Both the position numbers and the translations under genes were made by a program. The notes under the pieces were generated by a model that searched no databases, was not told the DNA's origin, and worked only from the letters and a program-made list of their open reading frames with translations. From Eledone cirrhosa (taxonomy: Eukaryota), in the NCBI GenBank assembly GCA_964016885.1, contig OZ024743.1, positions 213,652,001-213,716,000 of the forward strand: a DNA stretch of 64,000 nucleotides, in the 5' to 3' direction. Each line of letters opens with the position of its first letter. Within the stretch, counting starts at the first letter, position 1. This document shows, piece after piece, positions 52,450 through 64,000 of this stretch.

Positions 52450-54060
52450 TCATCGATTTCGTTTTGACTTTCAATTTATGTTGTATAGCATTTTGATTAC
52501 TTACAACATCGACCGGAGTGGAATGAGGTTGCTCTTCGTTAAATAAATTTTGGATGGTCATTTTAACAAGAGTATCTTTTAAGAGTTTAGGAAGGTTTTC
52601 AAGAGTCTAGGAAGGTGGCAAAAACAAAGTACATAACAATGTCTTGACTTGTACTATTCGAAGCGTTTATTGGTGGATGGTTACAGTAGGAATTTTCCTC
52701 CATAAAATATACTTTTTCCTCTACCAAAATTATGAATGATAATGGTTTTATTTTGTTGGGGAGGGTTAGAATTCTAAGTTTACAGATTGGAGACTTTCTT
52801 CAGCGGATGCGAAGCCTGTTTGTATAAGGTTGTGGTAGCGTTTGTGAACTGAATTTTAAAGAGAAATATTTAGTATATCAGCAATCTAGAGTAATATTTT
52901 TTTTATTTTCTATAAACCAAATCTCTCAAAGAGCTGTTAATACATGTTAAATACATGTTAATACATGTTAATTCCATTACCCACGAGGGAGTAACTCGCC
53001 TTCCACACAGTTTCCGTCAATCTTATTTCATTAAGTAATATGTAGTTTATCTGACGCTATGGTTGAATTAATTCGTGATTGAGTCAGCAACATGACTGAA
53101 CAGCAAACTACAAAGCGAATATTTTAACCACATAGTCACATTCCAATATATGATCAATTGAACTATAGCACAATGTAACAAAATATAAACAATTGCTCGA
53201 TTTTTTTCCACAGGGCGTGTTTGGGGCACCACCCAGACTGGGGTGTAGTGACTGTCCTTCCCTCTCAACCTTTCTTTCGTCGCTTGATCCTTCTTTATTT
53301 TTCTTCTTTCATTTTCTTTTCTTCCTCTTTCTTTTCTGTTCCGTTTAGTAGATTGTTTTGTTTTTATTAGATACTGCTCAATTATTTTTTTTATATAATT
53401 TCAATAGCTTTTCCTTGTGAGATTTTGAAAACCTTTCTTTTTTTCTTCGAACAAAATGAAATACGAGGACAGCCCCAGTGGAATTACCTAAATAAAAGAA
53501 ATATTGGGCCCAAACTAGCACACTTCTTTTAAGATACTGTGAAATTAATTAACAGTTCAAAATGGCCTCAAATATTTGCCACACAATTTCAGATTTTCGT
53601 TTGCCATGGTTTTCCTTTAACAGCAAGTCTACACACTACATATTTATCGTATGATATAACATAAACATCACGATCGTTTGTGTGCATCTTATTGCCGCAG
53701 GTTGTTTGATGGTCGGCTGTAAAGTTCAGAGACTGACTATAGAGGATTGATGCTAGGGCTGGAGATCTTGAATGCAGAGATTGCAACTCTTCTACTCAAT
53801 AACTGCATTGTTTCATACTAGGGAGAATGTTGAAAAATAAACCTCATTTGGTCATTCCATGAAAACATCTTGGACAGTGTATGCACTTTTCAGCCGACCC
53901 TCATAATTTTAAGAAGGTTTATCTGTTATGTTTAGCAAGCTAACTAATGGCTAATTGTACATTTGTAAATTCATTGATTAAGCTTTTGTTCATACAAAAT
54001 AACTAACTGTCATATCTTATGCAAAGCACTATAAGCTCTTGTGTAAATAAATCTTCAATT
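52450..54060 (-). pseudogene. possible very old PLE ORF remnant
   Basis: Scattered minus-strand peptides SLNFTADHQTT, LAVKGKPWQTK and EVC*FG occur in the order expected for the PLE RT motifs ALNFA / PWxKK / EVCELVG. Many stops. Confidence 0.35.
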
Positions 54061-54663
54061 TTATTACTTAATCTGGTATCACATGGAAAATACCCCAAAT
54101 TCCAAAATGTCCTCGTGCCAAAATATATCTATATACATATAATTATATATATAAAACCATTCTGTTGAGAACTTAATTCGTTTTGTGATATTTTGCAATT
54201 TTGCAATAACACATATACTGAATTCATACGCCAAAACTAAGGGTTGCCCACTTGTCGAGCCCCACGTGGGTTTTGATAACGGCCAGTCCTTCACTTGGCA
54301 CTTGAACTAAAAGCCTGTTGAGAAAGTGACTTTCTTGTTCGATCATCTTACCAAAAGCTTAACATTATTTGTCTAAGCAGACAGATATTGATTTAGGAGT
54401 TGCAGAAACCCAAATGGTGGATTTTACCAACCTTCCAGGGGTCCGGGTATAATTTTCAATCATATTTTATTTGTTTGACCCGAATTACTTGGTCGTTTCT
54501 ATGGCTGTGCGGATAATGGATTAACCATCGACTCAGTGTGTTTGGTCTTTTAACTTATGTTGTAGCTCTAGTCCTCTAGCTTCTATGGAGCACTTGCCAC
54601 ATATCTATCTCGGAAGTTGTTTATCGCTAATTTCCAATAGCCGAAATACGATTCTCGCTAATT

Positions 54664-54738
<75 letters not shown>

Positions 54739-54920
54739 TTATATACATATATATATATATATAAAACAAATAGGTTGAGGTAAGATACAAGGTAGACCAT
54801 AACGCACCAGAGTACTCGATGCTTGGGGTAGTAGAGTGGGTAATATGAAAGGATTCAGGACCCCGGCGGCTGAGCCCACCCATTTATATATATATATTTA
54901 TATGTATGTATATGTATATG

Positions 54921-54961
<41 letters not shown>

Positions 54962-54970
54962 ATATATATA

Positions 54971-55074
<104 letters not shown>

Positions 55075-55087
55075 CCATATATATGTG

Positions 55088-55180
55088 CGTTTGTATATGT
55101 TTAGTTGGGCATGTAGTTATGTGTGTACTTAGTAATATAAATGACAGAAATATACATATATATATATATATATATGACAG

Positions 55181-55276
<96 letters not shown>

Positions 55277-55590
55277 ATATATCTGTCTTTGAAAACTCAA
55301 TGTATTTACATAAAAGCTATTATAGATACCGTACGCGTTTTTTAGATGATAAATATATTTCCTTAATCCTTTAAATTATAGATTTACGTTATTGCAACAC
55401 TTCAGTAAAATACATTTACTATTTAATGTATACCAGCAAAGGCGCGTTATATGCGTGTATTTCAATTCTGCTCCATAGAGCGCTATTCATGCATAAATGA
55501 TGAATTGTTCGTCCCTCTTACACACATTTCTGCTATTTATATTACTAAGTACACACATACCTACATGCCGAACTAAACATATACAAACGC
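55088..55590. repeat. inverted-repeat element (~63-bp arms) within (TA)n
   Basis: gcgtttgtatatgtttagtt..cagaaat (55088-55151) vs atttctg..aactaaacatatacaaacgc (55527-55590). Confidence 0.8.
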
Positions 55591-55607
55591 ACATAAATAG
55601 GGTTTTA

Positions 55608-56206
<599 letters not shown>

Positions 56207-56256
56207 GTAGGTTTCCAGATGTCACGCCCACTTTCTGTGTCTCTGACGTTATCCCA

Positions 56257-56351
<95 letters not shown>

Positions 56352-57073
56352 GTGTGTGTGTGTATGTGCATGTGTGTGTGTGTGTATGTGTGTGTTTGGG
56401 TGTATCAGAGAACCTGCTCATACATTCACAAACATGTATTTGTAGGTCGGATATACATTTGCACAGACTCTCTAGCCCTCACACACACACATACATACAC
56501 ACACACATATATATATAAATATATATATACATATACGCACATATATAGACATCTATATATTTATATATTCATCCTATTTTCCCATGAATTCATCAAGAAA
56601 AAAACAAACAACCTATGCACTACCAATGTGCATAGAAACACACATATGACTCGAACTGTACATATGGACTTAGAGTATATATGTATATATATGTGTATGT
56701 ATGTGTGAGTGTGTGTGTCTGATTGGCTGTATGTAAGGTTATCTCTAATATATGTTTTCTTTATGAAAACTTATTTCAGTTTGATCAATGTTCTTAAGTT
56801 GATATAAACACAGGGCAGGTGTATAACTATGTAGGCATTCATCATAACGTATTCAACTTAAGGTGTTCTATTTAACTGTATTTGATTTATTTCAGCTTTT
56901 GTCTTGCTTATCTGCTGGATGTGGCAGCGTACATCATCACCCTATGGTCGGGAGTTACATCTTTCATTTTTGTAATGCAATTTCACACATTCAAAAGAAA
57001 ATATCTTAAGCTTTCATTTTGGGGCTTTCTTTTCACTATAACATCTACATATAAATGCAGACATATATGTGAG

Positions 57074-57182
<109 letters not shown>

Positions 57183-57764
57183 CGAAGGAGTACTGGTAAG
57201 GAACCAGATGGACCATAACGCACCAGAGTACTCAATACCTAGGGTAGTAGAGTGGGCAATAGGAAAACATATGACCCCGACGGCTATTTCTGGACTGAAC
57301 TGTCCAGAAATAGCCGTCGAAACGGCTTGAGCTCTGCCGTCGGGGTCATACTTTTTCCTATATATATATATATATATATATATGTAAAATCACACTGACA
57401 AACACACATACATACACACGCACGCATATATACATATATATATGCATGTATATGTGTGTGTATATATATATATATATAAGATAGTGTAAGGAGATATATC
57501 TTAATATTGTGCTCTGAATACATAGGGAAACAGCCAAAAGAGAATACAAAATTACATGAAAAGAATGGATAGCATGCAAAAATATAATAATAAAAGAAAA
57601 ACGAACGCTTTTCTTTGATATGTCTGTACACAATTTGAATGAGTGAATAGATCGTATAAATATCAACTTTAGTAATAGTATAATTCAGATGCTAAGATCC
57701 CCATCAACGTATAACCATATTTATAACTACGATAGCGCTTTAGCAAAATATCCACCAACGCCAT

Positions 57765-57819
<55 letters not shown>

Positions 57820-58275
57820 GCTGCTGCTACTATTACTACCATTACTACTACTAATACTGCTACTACTACATAACAACAACAAAAATACAAAATAACAATG
57901 ATAATAATATATAATAATAACATCAACATTGATAATATTAGTGTTTATAAATATAGATGTGCTTTACATGAATAGTGTTTTTAGATTTCTGAACACTCGG
58001 TGAAAATTTAAGAGAAATGAATGAGAAAATATGTACGGAAAAAAAATTATTTCAAAATTGCGGTACTGAATTTTTTATTTTACTGTTAATACATATATTC
58101 ATGTATTTTCTTATTTACGAAACATTATCTATCTATCTCTTTCCCTCGCCCTCTATTTCACAACACCTCACTCTCTCTCTCCCACACACACACATGCACA
58201 CACAGACACCCACACATGTACACACAGACACCCACACGCATACACACTAACACATGCTCTTACACACATGCACAC

Positions 58276-58326
<51 letters not shown>

Positions 58327-58857
58327 TACAAATACACGCTCACATTTGTTTATATTTACTGTTCTTTTCATGTTCTATGTTTCTATTTACTTTTTGTAGG
58401 AAAAGATTTTACGATTGACGTAAACTTCGAGAATAAAGAAATCGATTAGATGACATGTTGTGTCATCAAAATTCAATGGCTTGCAAAGATGGATTAATAG
58501 CTGGTCTTAAATTTTTAGAAGGTTTCGTTCAACCGAAAAAGTTGAGTCTATTAATGTCATGAAAATACCATGGATACAATTTATATGACACATAACATCC
58601 ACATAAAAATTAAGCGCTATTTATCAGTGAGTTTATATATAGAATACTAAGAGGAGAAATAGAATTAAGAAAGAGGAATCTATACAAGACTTGAATATCT
58701 GTGTTCCAGATTAACGCTACTAAATCGTTGATTTAAGAGACTTAATAATATTGCTAGATGTGCTGGTGCTGAGTTGTCAGAAGTACTGAAGTATCAAACT
58801 GAGTGTTTTATACTTCCAGGCCTAACTACATTGGTTCTTAATAATACGGGGCTAATA

Positions 58858-59008
<151 letters not shown>

Positions 59009-59354
59009 TATTGAAGTTTGCTTGAAGCATTGTGGAACAATAAGTAAATATCTTTAAGTCGTTTGGAAGCCTCGACAATGCAAATGGGTAAATCTCCGGG
59101 TAACAAGGTCCGGTGGTGGAGAGAGAGATGTAAGTGGGTGTACGTTGAGATGCGTGGTGTGTATAAGATGTGTGAGATGTGTAGAATGAAGGGAAGAGTA
59201 TAAAGGATAAAAATAAAAATAACAACACAAGAGAGAGTTACCTTGGGAGAGATTTAATAGTCCCTATATATTTCGGATTCACATCCATCAACTGGGGTTT
59301 TTTTCCGGGGTGGGGGAAAAGGTTGTCTGTCGGACAAGTCCGTATATTCATATT

Positions 59355-59510
59355 CGAATTGGCAGAGTCCTTAAGACGTCGGATAGAATGCTTTACGGTA
59401 TTCGTCCCACCTCTTTGCGCACTCTGAGTTCAAATTCCGCCCGGGTCAACTTTGCTTCTCATCCTTTCGAGGTCGATAAAAAAGTATCAGTCCAGTACTG
59501 GGGTCGATTC
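59355..59510 (+). mobile_element. diverged Meta-like tRNA SINE
   Basis: GAATTGGCAGA..CTGAGTTCAAATTCCGCC..CTTCTCATCCTTTCGAGGTCGATAAA. Confidence 0.7.
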
Positions 59511-59635
59511 TTCCTCTATAGAAAAAAATCGGCTGTGTTCAGACCTGGAGAGGGTGGACTCCACGAGGTTTATAAGTGCCCTAGACACGCCGTTTATTGT
59601 TACCTCTAAGACTCCACAAGGCGTTATGGGATCTT

Positions 59636-59714
<79 letters not shown>

Positions 59715-59800
59715 CATGATATTATTATTATTATTGGATAGATGAAAACCTCTATATAGCTACATGTGTGAATAAAAAACCAGTTTATTATACATAAATA

Positions 59801-59985
59801 ATTTTCTACTTTTGGCACAAGGCCAGCAATTACCCAGTAGATTACTGGTACTTTATTTTATCGACCCCATAAGGATGAAAGGCAAAGTTAACCTCGGCAG
59901 GATTTGAACTCAGAATGGCAAGGGCCGTAACTCTATACGTCAAAGCATGGCGTCCGACCCTACCGATACTGCCAATTCACCGCCC
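59801..59985 (-). mobile_element. full-length Meta-like tRNA SINE with 18-bp TSD
   Basis: Family match. TSD TTATTATACATAAATAAT at 59785-59802 and 59986-60003. Confidence 0.88.
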
Positions 59986-62539
59986 TTATTATACATAAAT
60001 AATACATTTTAATAAGAATATTCCTTGGTAGTGTATCAACTGCAGCTCATGAGTTGGCACTTCGAAGTGCATTACTTGCATTTGGTCTTGTCTTTGTTCT
60101 GAACATATAATATTAGTTGTACTATCCAAATATTTACGGGTGAGCCGACACACCTGATATAATCAGTTCACAATTATTTCATTAATCAACTGAAATTACA
60201 TACGTAATCTCGTCACGTTTCGGTATTGATTTTCCGTAAACCTCGTCGCTTCCCTCTAGATAAAACAAACGTAGCCATACGATATGTCTAGGCCATTAAC
60301 GTATGTAACATATTAAGTAATAGTGTTGGTATATGTAACGAAACACATTGATATTTTTTTAAATTGTCTTCTATGTACAGGTAACAGCCTGTAGCGATAT
60401 TATACTGAATTTGGCAGGCTTACTAATTTTAATTCATGATATCTGCTAAATGTTTAACAAGAGAAGAAAAATATGCTGGCAAGTGAAAGTAATCAATTGT
60501 ATAAATATATAAATTGAAATATATAATTCATAAATAGATATAAATTTACTGCATTGAAAGTTTTATCAGTTGTAATATAAATAATGATAAACAGCATCGA
60601 CTTGAGGTGTTAAGAAAACGATTCCGCAACACATACTTGAATATATACCAGCACCATCCCGTCTACATCCGCTTATGATTCAAACAGAGGTAATTCACAA
60701 CGTAAAATATGCTGTGTATTCAACACTATTCAACAGAGAGATTGGGTGATTAACACAGCATTTATTGAGAGAGGACAAGAAAATGCTTAAGAAGGCGACA
60801 ATCTCATTTCACACAAAACAAGTGCAGACATTTGAATCCAGCGAATTTTGTAATATTGAGAAACAAAATCGTACAAGATTTTAGGGAAATTAGGGAGAAC
60901 TATCGGTCTGTTGGCTAGAGTGGGGAATGGTTAGTTATGGCGATAATATAAGGATAGATGAAATGAGTGAATTATTAATGCCTGGAAGAAGGTATAAAGA
61001 AGCACGTCGGCTCTGAGGATTAGAAAAGCCACAGGGTGTAGCTACTGAAGGATACGATTGTATAACATCGGTGTTCTTTCTTGCATCATATTATTGTATA
61101 TAATCCTAAAATTTATGATATTGTATTATATTCCATTAAATTATGATATTATTTATCTATACTACAGCTCACACTGTTCACTAATCAATTTCATTGAATT
61201 GTATGTGGTGTATATTATATAGCACCATGTCATATTAGACATAATGTTTATATAAGGTTATCATTCTGAACTATATCGTATCCAAGTATAACTTATTTCT
61301 GTATATCAACGCATGAAATATTTCACTGCAGTAACATGGCATCCAATTCAAATAAACGTTTCTATATAGACATGGCGAAACTTTTGAATGTTACTGCATA
61401 TTGGACAATTATCTCATATTTATGTATATTGCTTGTCACCACATCTCGTACAAGATAATTTATACTATAGTTCAGCAGAATGTATACACAAAATATTACT
61501 TCAATTCTAAGAGAATTAAAACCTGAGTCAGTAGGTTATTGATGTGAGATGGAGGGGTTGACAGTGTATATCGTATATCTGCTTTTGAATCGAATATGCT
61601 ATTTAGTTTTCTTGTCAATCTAACTATAGCTAGGGATCGCCGTGTAGCAGTAAATCAACACTACAAAATAGGAGCACGTTTGTAAATTTGACAAATAATT
61701 CATTTATTTCTAATATTACTTGACAAACTTACCTCTTATTTTCCCATATCACATATATTTATCATAAAAAAGAAAATGAATGCATAATGAAGAGTGGAAA
61801 ACATTTCATGATAGGTTGTATAATAATCATAGCCGAGCAAGGACTAAAAAACAACAAAAACCATGACAGAATCGAAAATGTCACCATACAAACGTACATA
61901 TTCAGGCATATGTCGCATTCCGTGTATCAATAAGAAGTCAGTAAATAAAATGCCACATTTGCTTGGATTCTTCTATTTACAAGGAGCTTAAAATAGGAAT
62001 CATGTGTGGGGAGAACAGCTGCCATAGGCAACTCAAATGAAAATAAACAATCACCTTTATTGAGAATATTGAAATGCGGATCCTGAATTGAAAAATAGTT
62101 CTCGTCGAGTTGAGAAAGTGTGTATACTCTCGAGCAATTTAAACCAAAATAAGTGAGTGCTAATTCTTTTCCTCATAAGACGAAATAATATATTTAATAC
62201 AAAAGTGTTTTTAAAATATAGATTTTTAAATTGAAGTATTCCATAAAATATAACTGAACATTTTCCTCCTTCACCAATTTTCTCTTTCCTCTCTCTCAAA
62301 CATATTTTAACTATCTTTTTCACTCACTACCCTTTCCCTCTCTTGTCCACATTTGATAAGTTCCTTCATCATTCAAACAAACAATCAAACTGAATTTAAA
62401 ATTTATAAACACTCCATTTGTATTTTCGGATTCATTTATGGGATGAATATAAACTAGAATCCAATATTGAATGCATTATCCTACAAAGAGAAACTAGATA
62501 TATACGTAGGTGTGGTTACGGGTACATGTCGCACTTAGT

Positions 62540-62780
62540 TCTACAATCTGTTAGATCGCTTAAGCTGGTAGATAACTACCTGGTAGGCCAATAAAAACGC
62601 GCTTAAAGTGATTCTAAACCGATTGAATCCACGAGGGATAGAATTATTCGTCGGGGAACACGATGGATTTCACAAGGAAAGGATCGCTGTAGAATAGTTA
62701 TTCAATCTCCGGGACTGTGTGAAAAATACGACTAACGCCAACCAGGGATATATCATACTTCCGCAGGGTAAAGTCAAAAT
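62540..62780 (+). pseudogene. degenerate RTE-clade RT fragment
   Basis: LKVILNRLNPRGIELFVGEHDGFHKERIAVE*LFNLR resembles the RTE pattern LKIILNRL..EEQAGFR..TxEQIFNLR. Confidence 0.55.
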
Positions 62781-62886
62781 TCGATTTAGAAAACATGTTG
62801 GATATAAACAGATGGTACACTGCTCCGACCAACAGCTAGCCACGTCTCTAGAGGATCAAGAGTAAAGGGTAAAGGTAAGTGATATC

Positions 62887-62927
<41 letters not shown>

Positions 62928-62930
<3 letters not shown>

Positions 62931-64000
62931 GTGGTTACACAACAGTTAGTTCGCCATAACGAGAACAATTGTTTCACCTTAGCGGATCCTCAGCTCGGAA
63001 TGAGCATGGTTATAGGAACAGGAAGGAAACCGTACAAACTCGCTTGCGCAGAAACCCGGTTACTTCACACAGGCACTACTAGACTGCGTGCGAGAGGTGT
63101 AAGGGAGATAACTGCGAAAGTCCGAAAAGTTTTTAGGTTGAAAATAAAATTACAAAGAATCAGTCCGGAGTCTTGTGGTTATTCAATAGGTGTTTGGCGA
63201 CGTGTGGACAACGTGTGAAAAATTCATTTCTCGTGTTTAGGCAATCACTATTGCGTAATCTCTTTAGAATAGTTATTCGTTCGTTAATACATAAGTCACA
63301 CGTCGGATTTCCCCTTGCGTATGGCTTGGACTTAGTGATGGCTTTCTATTGAATGGAGTAGTCTATACTTGAGTCCTTAAGGGACCATACGTGGCTCGCG
63401 AGTTTCGTGGATGAACGTCTGTCCGGGTACCTGAAGGTAAGCTGGTGGTTCAGGATACGTTCCTTAAACCGCCATGCCCACATAGGATTTGACCTCCTGT
63501 GGTTCGTTTGGTCGGTTGGAAGTGACCACGGCTTCATACATTACAGCTGGTGCGTTGCATTGCTGTTGAATTTGGCAAGCTTCAGGCTTACGGCAAGAGC
63601 ACCCTGGTGGGGTGTTGCTCCTAGGGATGCTGGTGATGTCGGCCTTCATGTTCTTAGCGCAGGAGTATCCTAGTTTAACTTTGTGTCGGTTAAAGCTGGA
63701 GCGGTATTTATGACCTATGGGAAAGTGTCTATCTAAGAGGGCTAGACATTCTTTTCCTACATTGGTTTTAACGTTGAGTGAGAAGGGAGGAGAGAACCAG
63801 ATAGTTTGTCTATTGTTGCGCTCACTTTTCTTAATGGTGTTGTTGCTAGTGGGAGAGTAAGTGATAGGTTGTGAGAAACCGCTGTTAGCCAATGTCGTGT
63901 TATAGTAGGGTGCCACCCTGTCAAAGATAGCCTTATTAGAGGAGAGGTTTGAGATTCTAGTACTGATATTCTTAACGAAGTTTCTAAAAACAGTGTGAGG
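62928..64000 (-). mobile_element. Penelope-like element 3' part (thumb/linker, Cys-rich motif, GIY-YIG endonuclease, 3' pLTR); continues beyond the window
   Basis: IWFSPPFSLNVKTNVGK..HFP..FNR..YSC, then CSCRKPEACQIQQQC, VMYEA..YVG, FKERILNH, LASHVWSLK and CDLC..E..LNTRNEF..CPH. Stop at 63160. One frameshift and one TAG. Abuts (TA)n. Confidence 0.9.
62959..62998 (-). ncRNA. hammerhead ribozyme candidate in the PLE 3' terminal repeat, sense to the ORF
   Basis: Minus strand reads CCGAG-CTGAGGA-TCCGCTAAGGT-GAAA-CAATTG-TT-CTCG. Confidence 0.8.

Overview
This is AT-rich, microsatellite-dense animal genomic DNA. The repeat content resembles an octopus/cephalopod genome (inference). No confidently intact host gene is visible, and most short ORFs in the track are translations of (TA)n, (CA)n, (TC)n or (ACT)n repeats. 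The window is a retroelement graveyard containing: a cluster of R4/Dong-type RLE LINEs sitting in (TAA)n; a near-full Tx1/L1-clade LINE; CR1- and RTE-type fragments; tRNA-derived SINEs with clear TSDs; two head-to-tail Helitron-like elements; and Penelope-like element (PLE) remnants, including a GIY-YIG 3' end at the right edge. The most notable signal, read by eye, is a dense set of type I hammerhead-ribozyme folds: about 20 copies from about 7 sequence families. They lie in small non-coding, often fold-back or tandem elements embedded in (TA)n tracts. One family is physically joined to the 3' end of the PLE ORF. Two families carry non-canonical cores (U3-A8 covariant; U4A). All folds and identities were judged manually, not computed.
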